A stretch of DNA of 21,808 bases from sequence record SRR20825006_339; one strand, 5' to 3'. The notes under the pieces are model-generated. The model was not told the DNA's origin and did no database searches. It saw only the letters and a program-made list of their open reading frames with translations. Positions 1-9,419 of the stretch are shown one piece after another. The first letter of the stretch is position 1; each line of letters opens with the position of its first letter. The translations under genes and the position numbers were made by a program.

Positions 1-1560
1 CTCATTCTAGGTATCACTCTGCTTTTAGCAAGTATATTTGGACCCGATTTCTTGGAAGGGAAACTCAAAACGGCTTTAGAAGCTCAAGTTGTTATCCAAA
101 CTGATAGCAGTTATACGATGGAGTTTCAGGAATTAGATATTTCTCTTTGGGGTAGACGTGTAACTGCCGATTCAATCTCTATTTCTCCAAAAAATGATCG
201 AGAAACCATAAAAAGCATTCAGATCCACTCCTTTGAGATTCAGGAAATAAAATGGCTTAGTCTCATTACCGAAGATTTCCCACAGTTCGGTAAAGTTGTT
301 GTAGAGCAACCCGAGATTGAAATCTATTCCAGACCTTTTACCTCTTCTACATTTAGTAACAATAGTGGCGCTATCACCGACACGTCTTCTAACTCCATTA
401 ACTTTTCCAGTTTTGATTTGAACATAATAGATGGCAAAGCGCGTATGGTTGAACCATCTGGACGAACAGAAGTTATGCTCGAGCATTTTGATTTAAGTGC
501 AACCAAAGTAAATGTAAATCAAATTCTAGATGGCTCTCGTGTCCCCTTTCTAGATGAATTAATCCTGTCGGGTAAAAACTTAACCTGGCGATTAGATGAA
601 AAACTGTATCGTCTTGAAGTTGGGGCGTTTTCTTTTGATCGAGTTCAGAAGCAAGCTTTAGTTCAAAATATCGCGTTAATTCCTGTGTTACCTCGCTATA
701 GATTCTCAGAGATTAAAGGCTATTCCTCTGACCGTGTTGAGCTGAATATTGACAAAATCAATCTCCAAGGTGTCAACCTCGACTCTCTTTATATCCCGAG
801 AATTGAAGTTGAGAAGATTTCCATTGAACAAGGGGCTTTAGCTATGTTCAAAAACAAAACAATCCCATCTAAGACTACCATTGGTTTTAGACCATTATTG
901 AGTGAAGCCATCAGTAAAGCAACCGTTGCGCAAGTTGGATTGCACGAAGTTCTGATTAATAATTTTGATGTCACTTATACAGAACACAAAGAAGGTGTTA
1001 AAGAACCTGGCGAAGTCACATTTAAAGATATTTCAGGATCAATCAGTAATATTTCCACTCCAGGATACCCTACTTTCCTAACTGATTCTCTCGAGCTAGA
1101 TGTTTCGACCTATTTTATGGGTGTTTCTAAACTTGATCTTAAAGCTCGTTACGCTCTTTTCGATAAAGACGAATATCACCGCGTTTGGGGGAGTTTAGGC
1201 TCCATCCACACTTCTGCTTTGAAAAGCCCACTCATTAACCTTGCCAGTATTGAAGCTAAAAGCGGACAGGTTAATTCCCTCGAGTTCCATTTTAACGTAA
1301 ATCGTACCGCTGCAAATGGTCAAATCTTGTTGGATTATCAAGATCTCAATATTTTCTTACTGAAAGACCATGATACTTCGCAAAAACCTTTAGCAAGTCG
1401 TGTTTCTAGCTTTATAGCTAATACATTTATAATAGACGATAGCAACACAGGCTCAAAACTTGAGCCTGCTAAAATTCATTACAAATGGGATAACCTAAAG
1501 GGAGTTTTCGGCTATTGGTGGCAAGCTTTACTTTCTGGCATAAAAGCTACTATCAAATAA
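1..1560 (+). CDS. AsmA/DUF748-like envelope protein, 5'-truncated by the window edge
   Basis: The frame is open from base 1 (LILGITLLLASIFGPDFLEG..., the tail of a hydrophobic anchor), so the real start lies upstream of the window rather than at TTG 52. The body is beta-rich and ends in an amphipathic motif (KGVFGYWWQALLSGIKATIK) of the kind seen in DUF748/AsmA-like proteins of this lineage. Family recognised by eye. Confidence 0.6.
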   Translation, partial: LILGITLLLASIFGPDFLEGKLKTALEAQVVIQTDSSYTMEFQELDISLWGRRVTADSISISPKNDRETIKSIQIHSFEIQEIKWLSLITEDFPQFGKVVVEQPEIEIYSRPFTSSTFSNNSGAITDTSSNSINFSSFDLNIIDGKARMVEPSGRTEVMLEHFDLSATKVNVNQILDGSRVPFLDELILSGKNLTWRLDEKLYRLEVGAFSFDRVQKQALVQNIALIPVLPRYRFSEIKGYSSDRVELNIDKINLQGVNLDSLYIPRIEVEKISIEQGALAMFKNKTIPSKTTIGFRPLLSEAISKATVAQVGLHEVLINNFDVTYTEHKEGVKEPGEVTFKDISGSISNISTPGYPTFLTDSLELDVSTYFMGVSKLDLKARYALFDKDEYHRVWGSLGSIHTSALKSPLINLASIEAKSGQVNSLEFHFNVNRTAANGQILLDYQDLNIFLLKDHDTSQKPLASRVSSFIANTFIIDDSNTGSKLEPAKIHYKWDNLKGVFGYWWQALLSGIKATIK

Positions 1561-3828
1561 CTAGTAGGTAAAAGTATGTGTGTATTTAATCAATACAGAA
1601 CGGCTTTGAACATTTGGTAAACGTGGATACCCAAACTGAAGTGGATCTCTATTCGTGTACTGTTGTTCGTTAAGAACTACCCAAAAATCTCTCCCTTCAC
1701 TAAAGTTATATCTGAACCTAAAATTAGCACCAGCTAACTCAGAGATATTGCTATACTGAACAAATAAACTAGCCGATAGTTTCTTGTTTAAAGCATATTG
1801 TCCTCGTAATTGAGCTAAATGTGCAGTGAATTTCTCTACATCTCTTCCAGCTATTGATGGGAAATCTAGTTTTGTGATTTGGTAACTACCACTTAATTCG
1901 AAATGGATGTTGGCAATCCATTTCGGTTCAACTTTAACTTGCGTTCTCTTGCCATCAAAAATATTGCCATACTCTAAACTGAATTTGCTTTTCAGACTTT
2001 TGTTTTCAGGTGTTTCATAGCTAAAAATAGATTCCACAAAAGCATAATTATCAACTGGAATATAAATTTGACCGACTAATTTAAAAGCTTCATTAGGAAG
2101 TAAGTGCTCTTGATTCAACTTTATTTCTGCGCCAACCTTGCCTGCACTTTTAAATTCTCCATCCCATTGTGCTCCTATAAAACGGCTTCTTAAATCAAAA
2201 CTTTCATTTTCTGAAATGTTATAACTCGAAACCTGAAAAGTATTTTTTTTGAATGCGGAATTGCTTGGAGATAGAATTCCGTAACCTAAACTATAGTAAT
2301 AATCGGATGTATTCTTAGTGCGGTAGAAACCAATACCTGGTTCAAAATCTGCACCTGTTCGGTTTACAAAGAATCTGTAGTACAAGCCAACGGATGCTCT
2401 ACGTTGCCATGTAATTCTGAAGATGCTATTATTATCAATTCCCCAACGTCGCTCATCAGGAACTCGATTATCCATCGTCTGACTAACTTTAGTTTCGATA
2501 TAATCATCTCCAAAAATATTGAAGTCAGTATCAATACCCAGCACCAAGTTCGTGTTCCCTTCTGCATCTAAACGGCTAGTGAGCAATCCACCTACATAAG
2601 AGTTCGAGTTAACCACCTTCTTTTTAAGCCTCAGAACGCTAAAATTTTCTGAATTAAGGTTAGCATTGCTCGCTGTTTGCATGTTGATAAACCCAACATC
2701 TAAATCACCAACTCGGCCCGTTAGACGTGCTCCACCATAAATACGCACAGGATTGCCACTATTGTCTAATCCAACTTTTCGGCTATAGAATAATTTTGTA
2801 TTGCCAAAGCTAAAATCAAATAGCCCCGATCGTTGTTGGAAGAATTGTCTCTTTTCATCGAAGGACAATGAGAACCTTGTTAGGTTTAGTTGCTGGTCGT
2901 CTGCTTCCACTTGAGCAAAATCTGTATTTGCGGTAACATCAAGTGTTAGGTTAGAGGTCACGTTGTACTTCAAGTCGAATCCGATTTCAGCAGCTGTATC
3001 GTCCTTGTAATTGTATTCTGTATTGGTTGAATTAAGCTGATTTTCGCGAGTAAATCCTGTTACTGCATACGGAGTGAAATAAATCGGTTTCTTAGACTCA
3101 ACGCCTGTCAATATTATATCCTGAGCTTGAGAAGGTTTTATATTTCCTTGGTCCCAATTTGGGGGAATAGCTGGAAAGATATAACGCTCGTTATGGTAAG
3201 CCAACCAACGGTAAACAATAAGTCCCATTTCTGCCACGCCATCGCTACTCTGGAATCCAATACTTGAAAGCGGAATTCTAATTTCAGCAAACCATCCCTC
3301 GTCTGTTTCAGTAGTAACCACATCCCAATAGGTATTCCAACTTCCATTCACAGCGTTTGAGCCCGCAATAGAATTTGCATCATTTGAAATAGATTGATCA
3401 AATCGAACACCTGCTGGAGTTGTAAAGAACCTTAATCCATTCTGGTTATCATTAAATGGATCTAAAATAATAGCAAATACATCATCCGAACTATAACGAT
3501 CTCGATACAAACTATTTGCCGCTATTGTTGATGCATCTTTAGTATACATCTTCCCTGCTGCGTAGAAATATTCGTCATCGTAGGCTACACGCACATCCGT
3601 TTTCTCTTGCATTTCGCCCATAAAAACGGGTTCATACTGTACCATTGTGAACGGAGTAATATTTTGCCATGCAGCTTCATTAATCACACCATCTAGCGTA
3701 ATTGGGGAAGTTATTTTGGTAAGTTTAATAGCGTTTTGAGCCTTTGCTTGTACTGCAAAAATTAAAGCGAGTTGTAAAACGAGAAGAGTTCTTAGCAATA
3801 TTCCAATCCAGTATTTTTGAGCAAGCAA
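1561..3828 (-). CDS. DUF5916-family protein (N-terminal CBM9-like domain plus predicted outer-membrane beta-barrel)
   Basis: 755-aa ORF with a signal peptide (LVLQLALIFAVQAKA), CBM9-like motifs (ITLDGVINEAAW, VRVAYDDEYFY, GWFAEIRIPLSSI), the family motif NTDFAQVEAD..LNLTRFSL.FDEKRQFF, and a C-terminal aromatic beta-strand (KYTHTFTY). The TTG start is uncertain. Its stop directly abuts the stop of the convergent gene. Confidence 0.85.
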   Translation of the reverse strand: MLAQKYWIGILLRTLLVLQLALIFAVQAKAQNAIKLTKITSPITLDGVINEAAWQNITPFTMVQYEPVFMGEMQEKTDVRVAYDDEYFYAAGKMYTKDASTIAANSLYRDRYSSDDVFAIILDPFNDNQNGLRFFTTPAGVRFDQSISNDANSIAGSNAVNGSWNTYWDVVTTETDEGWFAEIRIPLSSIGFQSSDGVAEMGLIVYRWLAYHNERYIFPAIPPNWDQGNIKPSQAQDIILTGVESKKPIYFTPYAVTGFTRENQLNSTNTEYNYKDDTAAEIGFDLKYNVTSNLTLDVTANTDFAQVEADDQQLNLTRFSLSFDEKRQFFQQRSGLFDFSFGNTKLFYSRKVGLDNSGNPVRIYGGARLTGRVGDLDVGFINMQTASNANLNSENFSVLRLKKKVVNSNSYVGGLLTSRLDAEGNTNLVLGIDTDFNIFGDDYIETKVSQTMDNRVPDERRWGIDNNSIFRITWQRRASVGLYYRFFVNRTGADFEPGIGFYRTKNTSDYYYSLGYGILSPSNSAFKKNTFQVSSYNISENESFDLRSRFIGAQWDGEFKSAGKVGAEIKLNQEHLLPNEAFKLVGQIYIPVDNYAFVESIFSYETPENKSLKSKFSLEYGNIFDGKRTQVKVEPKWIANIHFELSGSYQITKLDFPSIAGRDVEKFTAHLAQLRGQYALNKKLSASLFVQYSNISELAGANFRFRYNFSEGRDFWVVLNEQQYTNRDPLQFGYPRLPNVQSRSVLIKYTHTFTY

Positions 3829-3953
3829 CCTAATAATTATAATTAAGCTTGATGTTTATAATCACTTTAGTAACTTGGCGGTTGCTTCAATGACATTTAT
3901 CAACCCCCAATCCCCTATTCAATCCATCAATTTTCGTGTAATTATTCATTAAC

Positions 3954-4913
3954 ATGCTAAATACTCTTATACCTCCCACTCTTCTAGAAATTCGAAAAGC
4001 TCTTAAGCTTATCACTGCATTTGCGCATTTAACACCTGTATTAACTTCTTCAAGCGTTAATGAAAGAGCTGAAGCTTCTGTTTTCTTTAAGTGTGAAAAC
4101 TTCCAGAAAGTGGGAGCTTTTAAATTTCGAGGAGCTTGTAATGCGGTAATGAGTTTAAGTGATGTAGAAGCAAGTTTAGGTGTAGCAACACATTCTTCCG
4201 GCAACCACGCCCAAGCTTTAGCTCTGGCAGCCAAATTGCGTGGAATAAAAGCTTACGTAGTTATGCCCGAAAACGCTCCTAAAGTTAAAGTTAAAGCGGT
4301 AAAAGGCTATGGAGCAGAAGTTACATTTTGCGAGGCGACCTTGAAAGCTCGTGAAAGCACCTTAGATGAGGTCGTTCGGAAGACAAAAGCAACGATTATC
4401 CATCCATACAACGACTCCAGAATTATTGCAGGACAAGGAACAGCGGCTTTGGAATTACTTCACACAAACCCTGAACTAGATATCGTAATAACTCCTGTAG
4501 GTGGTGGTGGGCTACTTAGTGGAACTGCTATTGCAACAAAATCATTGAATCCGTCAATTTTAGTTATTGGGGCAGAACCTAAAAAAGCGGACGATGCTTT
4601 TCAATCCTTCCAACAGAAAACATTAATTCCAGCTATCACAACAAATACAATTGCTGATGGACTAAGAACTTCGCTTGGAACGCTCCCTTTTTCTATTATT
4701 ATGAATTATGTTGACGACATTCAAACCGTTGGCGAAGAGGAGATTATTGACGCGATGCGCTTTATTTGGGAACGAATGAATATGATTGTTGAACCCTCTT
4801 CAGCAGTTCCTCTAGCAGCCATTTTTAGAAACCCTCAATTTTATAAAGGGAAAAAAGTAGGCGTTATCATTACCGGAGGAAACTTAGACTTAGGAAGTTT
4901 GCCTTGGCAATAA
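3954..4913 (+). CDS. PLP-dependent threonine/serine dehydratase or serine racemase-like enzyme (fold type II, no regulatory ACT domain)
   Basis: FKCENFQKVGAFKFRGA (PLP lysine), HSSGNHAQA, PVGGGGLLSG phosphate loop, TIADGL, EPSSAV and TGGN motifs in 319 aa. Confidence 0.93.
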   Translation: MLNTLIPPTLLEIRKALKLITAFAHLTPVLTSSSVNERAEASVFFKCENFQKVGAFKFRGACNAVMSLSDVEASLGVATHSSGNHAQALALAAKLRGIKAYVVMPENAPKVKVKAVKGYGAEVTFCEATLKARESTLDEVVRKTKATIIHPYNDSRIIAGQGTAALELLHTNPELDIVITPVGGGGLLSGTAIATKSLNPSILVIGAEPKKADDAFQSFQQKTLIPAITTNTIADGLRTSLGTLPFSIIMNYVDDIQTVGEEEIIDAMRFIWERMNMIVEPSSAVPLAAIFRNPQFYKGKKVGVIITGGNLDLGSLPWQ

Positions 4914-4954
4914 TAAAACTTGGAATAGTGTGAGTTTAAAATTGCTAACAGATA

Positions 4955-4982
4955 TGAAACATTACGTGTGTTTCTATCGTCT
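4955..4982 (+). promoter_or_regulatory. Putative ECF-sigma promoter (TGAAAC-N17-CGTCT)
   Basis: tgaaac at 4955-4960 and cgtct at 4978-4982, ending 23 nt before ATG 5006. Matches the generic AAC-N16/17-CGT ECF promoter pattern (SigW/SigM-like). Confidence 0.6.
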
Positions 4983-5005
4983 TTGTTCAAAATTTAAATA
5001 CTACT

Positions 5006-6073
5006 ATGGCTACACAAAAATTCCGAAACGATTTAAATAACAACGATAACGATGATGACTTTGATTTAGATGCATATATCGAAGAACAAGCACAATCAGC
5101 AGCTGAATCCCCCACCTCAGAGTACTATCACCCATTACCCCCAAAAACATCTACCAAACGAAATTTAATTGCTATACTGCTCTTTATAGTTTTGCCTTCT
5201 TTTTGGTTTATAAAAAGTGACCCTCTTTCAATGTTTAGCTCAAATGATCAAATCACTAATGCTGAAGCAAGTTTTGAAGAACCATTTGAAAGTAGGTTTC
5301 CAGCTCCGCCTCTACCGCCCGTTGTAAATGAGCCTAGACTTACTGGTGATTACGTAGACTACTTAGCTCAAGCTACAGAATTAGGATTTACTGAAAGCTT
5401 CTCTAATAATGGAATTCAAGCCATGTATTCTGGTGGCGTTCCTCTTTCCTATCTTACGGGTTTAGAGAATGCTGACTTCCTAGATGAACTTTCCTACTCT
5501 GCCGTTATCGGTTTATATAACGGTGGTGTTCCCGTTGAATATATTCAGCAACTGGAAGATGCCGACTTTTATGATGACTTATCATACTCTGCTGTCATTG
5601 GATTATATAATGGTGGCGTTCCTAGTACTTATCTTACAAGCTTAGACGAAGCTGGTTATTTGGATGAATTGTCTTATTCCGCGGTTATTGGATTATACAA
5701 TGGTGGTGTATCTATCAACTATCTTAACCAACTTAATGAAATTGGGTATTTAGATGAGCTTTCTTACTCAGCCATTATTGGTTTGTATAACGGTGGCGTA
5801 ACCATTAATTATCTTCGAGGCTTAGATGAGGCTGGATATCTAGACGACCTTTCTTACTCAGCAGTTATTGGATTGTACAATGGTAATGTTCCCATTACTT
5901 ATCTTTCTAATTTAAATGAAGCTGGCTTTCTAGATGATCTATCTTACTCCGCAATCATTGGTTTGTACAACGCCGATGTTCCTGTTGAGTTTTTAACCAT
6001 ATTAGATAATCGCGATTTATACGACGATATGAGTTACTCTGAAATTATACAAGCTTACTTAGCCGACAACTGA
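5006..6073 (+). CDS. Single-pass membrane protein with eight tandem 30-aa repeats, function unknown
   Basis: Acidic N-terminus, then KTSTKR followed by a TM helix (NLIAILLFIVLPSFWFI), a Pro-rich linker (FPAPPLPPVV), and repeats of consensus GGVPxxYLxxLxEAGYLDELSYSAVIGLYN. Confidence 0.9.
   Translation: MATQKFRNDLNNNDNDDDFDLDAYIEEQAQSAAESPTSEYYHPLPPKTSTKRNLIAILLFIVLPSFWFIKSDPLSMFSSNDQITNAEASFEEPFESRFPAPPLPPVVNEPRLTGDYVDYLAQATELGFTESFSNNGIQAMYSGGVPLSYLTGLENADFLDELSYSAVIGLYNGGVPVEYIQQLEDADFYDDLSYSAVIGLYNGGVPSTYLTSLDEAGYLDELSYSAVIGLYNGGVSINYLNQLNEIGYLDELSYSAIIGLYNGGVTINYLRGLDEAGYLDDLSYSAVIGLYNGNVPITYLSNLNEAGFLDDLSYSAIIGLYNADVPVEFLTILDNRDLYDDMSYSEIIQAYLADN
5342..6061 (+). repeat. Intragenic tandem repeat, 8 x 90 bp (first and last units degenerate)
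   Basis: The g(t/a)tt(a/g)ta(t/c)aa motif recurs at 5511, 5601, 5691, 5781, 5871 and 5961, an exact 90-nt period with no indels. In the conserved part, differences are mostly at synonymous positions. Confidence 0.95.
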
Positions 6074-6134
6074 AATCCTTTGCTCTCTTTATCCAAATCA
6101 CGGAATTGAAGCTCATAAGAGTTACTATTGCAGA

Positions 6135-6800
6135 TTACGGGGCTTGTTCATTTTCCGAAACTAATTCCCCCATATCGTAAACCTTCTTACTGATAAGATT
6201 TCCCTTTTCATCCCACTCTTGGAAAGTTCCGTGTTCCACACCATTGGCAAAATGTTCCTCGGATTTCATCTGGCCATTCTCGAACCATCTAACCGATTTG
6301 CCGTGTAATTCTCCATCTTTCAACGGAAAATCAAACAACTGTTGTCCATTTAAGAGCCAACTTTTCATAACAGTTTGATCTTGTTTTACTAACTGAGTGC
6401 CGTCCTCAGCCCAAGTGTGGAACTCTATATAATCTGATAGATCTTTATGGAGAGTTACCATTGTGGGATGGCTAGCTGTGGAGTAGTAGGATGTTTTCAT
6501 CATGCCACGTTCAGTGGAGTAACGGGCCCTTAGTCTCCCGGAGCTATTAAAAATCTCACCCTCCGAAATCATCCCATCCTTGAACGTAAGATCGGCTTGC
6601 ATGGCCCCGTTTTGATAGTTGGAGGTGTAATGCCCGTCAGCAAGTTGTCTGTCATCATCAATATAGAGATTGAGCTCCTCAGAAACGGAAATATCGCTGA
6701 AAATTGCTTCCACAGAACCTATATACTCTTCTGGAATTTCTTGGCTGCAGGCAGCAAATAATAAAAGTATAAATAGTACCGGGCTTAGTGGTTTCATCAT
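6135..6800 (-). CDS. Lipoprotein with MORN-variant (YwqK-like) repeats
   Basis: Lipobox LLFAA-C. Repeats include DGHYTSNYQNGAMQ, HGKSVRWFENGQMKSEEHFANG and HGTFQEWDEKGNL. The start may be either ATG (6800 or 6797). Confidence 0.85.
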   Translation of the reverse strand: MMKPLSPVLFILLLFAACSQEIPEEYIGSVEAIFSDISVSEELNLYIDDDRQLADGHYTSNYQNGAMQADLTFKDGMISEGEIFNSSGRLRARYSTERGMMKTSYYSTASHPTMVTLHKDLSDYIEFHTWAEDGTQLVKQDQTVMKSWLLNGQQLFDFPLKDGELHGKSVRWFENGQMKSEEHFANGVEHGTFQEWDEKGNLISKKVYDMGELVSENEQAP

Positions 6801-6987
6801 CTTGATTTAAGTTTTTGAATAAAGCTTTAGAAGTTAAGTTCTAAGGTTTTAGGCACGCTTAGCATCTAATTGCAGTATGACATAATTACCCGAAAGAGTA
6901 AGAAATTAATTTCCAACGCTCGTATAAAATAGTACTTCCGCTCAATAAGTCAAACTATTACGGCTAAGTCTAAATATAGGACAAATC

Positions 6988-7029
6988 AGATATTAGATGT
7001 ACGTCTTAAATCTTAAGTCATAAATCTAG
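6988..7029. repeat. 7-nt periodic repeat with inverted arms directly behind the ABC transporter stop codon
   Basis: cgtctta-aatctta-agtcata-aatctag at 7002-7029. agatattagatgt (6988-7000) is an imperfect reverse complement (10/13) of acgtcttaaatct (7001-7013). Confidence 0.5.
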
Positions 7030-7031
7030 CC

Positions 7032-8822
7032 CTAGCCCTGCACTTTATCCAAATCCCGAAATTGAAGCTCATACAAGTGACTGTAAAGTCCTTTTTGAGC
7101 TAACAGTTCTTGATGGGTTCCGTCTTCTACAATCTCACCTTCATTAAGAACTAAAATCCTATCTGCATGCTGAATAGTTGAAAGTCTATGAGCAATCACA
7201 AATGTTGTTCTACCTTTCATTAAATGGTATAAAGCTTCTTGAACTTGAGATTCAGAATCTGAATCGAGTGCCGAAGTAGCTTCATCCAACAGTAGAATTT
7301 CAGGATTTTTTAGGATAGCACGAGCAATGGCTAATCTTTGACGCTGACCGCCACTCAACTTCACACCTTTCTCACCAATTGTCGCTTCATAATTCTCCGG
7401 AGTATCCATAATGAACTCATGAGCATTGGCATCTTTGGCAGCTTGAATTATTTCTTCCCGAGTAGCATCTAATCTTCCGTATCTAATATTCTCTTCAATA
7501 CTGGCTCCGAAAAGATGCACATCTTGAGGAACCATCGAAATATGATTTCTAAAGGATTTTACTTTCAAGTCGCGGATATTTTCCCCGTCAACTTTGATGC
7601 TTCCCGAAGTTGGATCATAGAATCTCGGTATCAAATTCAACAACGTAGTTTTACCAGCGCCACTGGGTCCTACTAACGCAATTGTTTGTCCCTGCTTGGC
7701 AACAAAGTTGATATCGTTCAACACCTTTCTTCCTGAATCGTACTCGAAATCTATATGCTCAAAACTGATTTCGCCCTTTACAGCGTCTATTTCTTTTGCA
7801 TGACTTTCATCTTCTATCTCAGGTTTTTCCTCTAACAACTCAAAGATTCTTTCTGAAGCTCCCGCTGCGGTATTCACTGCCGTATACAATCTCGAAATTT
7901 GGCTAATAGAACGTGAAATATTCAACGCATATATGATAAATGCTACGAGGTCACCGGCGGTAAGTCGTTCTGCAAGAACCTCTTTACCACCATACCAAAA
8001 AATAATTACCAGCGTGCCCATAAACATGATGCCAACGCCAGACCAAAACACTTGAGTAAGTACCATCTTCCGGCGAGCAGTAACAAATAGCTTTTCAATC
8101 GCGTTGGAATAGCGACTTACTTCATAGTCTTCGCGTACAAAAGCTTTGACCAAGCGAACGGCTCCTAGTGCATCTTCGGCTACGGCGGTAGAATCAGCCA
8201 AATCATCCTGAATACTCTTAGAAAGTTCTCGGATTTTCTGCCCAAAATAACGTGTAGCTATAGTTATAAAGGGAACCGTTAAAAAGATTACCCCACTTAG
8301 GCGCCAATTCAGAATAACCATTAAGGTGACCGAGCCAATCAAAGAAAAAGAAATCGTAAGTAACTGCGGCAAGGAATCGGTTAAAGCAACTCGGATAGAG
8401 CCAACATCATTTGTTAAACGAGAAGTAATTTCACCTAACCTTCGCTCTGCAAAAAACCGGAAGCCCAACCTGTGAAGATGTTCGTAAACTTGTTTTCGTA
8501 AATCGGTAATAACACGCTCACCAACCCACTCCAGAAAATAATTTCCAGTAAAACTAAAAGCTGCTTGAAGCACAAAAAGTCCCATTAGCCCGAGTGCCAA
8601 CATATTTAAAAGGCTCTCGTCGCCTTTATCAAACACCGCGTCTAGTAATTCCCTCAAGCCAAGAGGAACACTTAACCAAATTAAAGAACCAACGAGAACT
8701 ACTGCTGTAGCCGAATAAAAACGCGTTCTATAAGGTTTGCTGAGCGCAAATATATTAACAAGTGTCTCTTTTAGAGTTGCTACACTGTACTTTTTTTTAG
8801 GGGAAGAGTCTTTTTTTGCCAT
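7032..8822 (-). CDS. ABC exporter with fused permease and ATP-binding domains (MsbA/Sav1866-like)
   Basis: Multi-helix TM N-terminal half, Walker A GPSGAGKTT, Q-loop VPQD, signature LSGGQRQR, Walker B ILLLDEATSALD, H-loop IAHRLST. Confidence 0.95.
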   Translation of the reverse strand: MAKKDSSPKKKYSVATLKETLVNIFALSKPYRTRFYSATAVVLVGSLIWLSVPLGLRELLDAVFDKGDESLLNMLALGLMGLFVLQAAFSFTGNYFLEWVGERVITDLRKQVYEHLHRLGFRFFAERRLGEITSRLTNDVGSIRVALTDSLPQLLTISFSLIGSVTLMVILNWRLSGVIFLTVPFITIATRYFGQKIRELSKSIQDDLADSTAVAEDALGAVRLVKAFVREDYEVSRYSNAIEKLFVTARRKMVLTQVFWSGVGIMFMGTLVIIFWYGGKEVLAERLTAGDLVAFIIYALNISRSISQISRLYTAVNTAAGASERIFELLEEKPEIEDESHAKEIDAVKGEISFEHIDFEYDSGRKVLNDINFVAKQGQTIALVGPSGAGKTTLLNLIPRFYDPTSGSIKVDGENIRDLKVKSFRNHISMVPQDVHLFGASIEENIRYGRLDATREEIIQAAKDANAHEFIMDTPENYEATIGEKGVKLSGGQRQRLAIARAILKNPEILLLDEATSALDSDSESQVQEALYHLMKGRTTFVIAHRLSTIQHADRILVLNEGEIVEDGTHQELLAQKGLYSHLYELQFRDLDKVQG

Positions 8823-8930
8823 ACTATCGATTTAAAACCCATTAGTAACAAAATTAGTGCCAAGTATTTGAGTTTTTTTATGTACAAATTATTATCTACT
8901 AAGTAGACTAATAAATATGAATTTGAGCCT

Positions 8931-9419
8931 ATGGACAGCGAATTATTAACTTGGATTTTTCTGATTGGTGGCATCGTTCTGATGATACTTGAAACTGTAA
9001 TTCCAAGCGGAACTGCGTTTGTTTTGGGGTTTAGTGGAGTAATGGTTGGGCTTCTAAGATTTCTGGGAATTCTTGAAAACCCAATGACTGCAACTATGGC
9101 ATGGCTTTTTATTTCCGTAGGATTAATCATCATGATTCGCCCACTTATTAAAAAGTACTTCGGTGGAGACACATCCTTTAAATACGCTGATGAAGATTAC
9201 GAAGCCATGGACAAAGTTGTTGATGTGCTTGAACCCATTAACGACGAAGACAACAGCGGGCGTATTCGCTTTCAAGGAATTTCTTGGCAAGCTCGCACTA
9301 TAGACGGAACCGTTCCCGCAGGTACACAAGTTAAAATAAAGTATAGAGATAACACCACTTGGATTGTTGAACCTATTGACATTATTGAGCAACCCATTTC
9401 AAATAAACTTAAAGAATAA
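8931..9419 (+). CDS. Short NfeD-family protein (stomatin operon partner)
   Basis: Three hydrophobic helices (W..IGGIVLMILETVIPSG) followed by an OB-fold-like C-terminus (GRIRFQGISWQART...GTQVKI). Lies immediately upstream of SPFH genes. Confidence 0.9.
   Translation: MDSELLTWIFLIGGIVLMILETVIPSGTAFVLGFSGVMVGLLRFLGILENPMTATMAWLFISVGLIIMIRPLIKKYFGGDTSFKYADEDYEAMDKVVDVLEPINDEDNSGRIRFQGISWQARTIDGTVPAGTQVKIKYRDNTTWIVEPIDIIEQPISNKLKE

Noticed and set aside
52-54. TTG at 52 as the start of the first CDS
   Set aside because: The frame is open and hydrophobic back to base 1, so the gene starts upstream of the window.
5342-6061. 90-bp periodic repeat as a CRISPR array
   Set aside because: The units are in frame within an ORF and vary at synonymous positions. 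There is no identical-repeat/unique-spacer structure and no cas gene.
6135-6800. Toxin-antitoxin system, from the 'YwqK antitoxin' label
   Set aside because: The similarity reflects generic MORN-variant repeats. The protein is a lipoprotein and no toxin ORF is adjacent.
7032-8822. Assigning the symbol msbA
   Set aside because: The family is clear, but orthology and substrate cannot be determined from motifs, and no lipid A genes are adjacent.
8895-8907. Short palindrome tctac-taa-gtaga in the divergent ABC/nfeD promoter region as an operator
   Set aside because: Only 5-bp arms in AT-rich DNA and no regulator gene nearby, so it cannot be told from chance.
8780-9392. Minus-strand ORFs 8780-9172 and 9123-9392
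   Set aside because: Antisense shadows of nfeD with no recognisable motifs.
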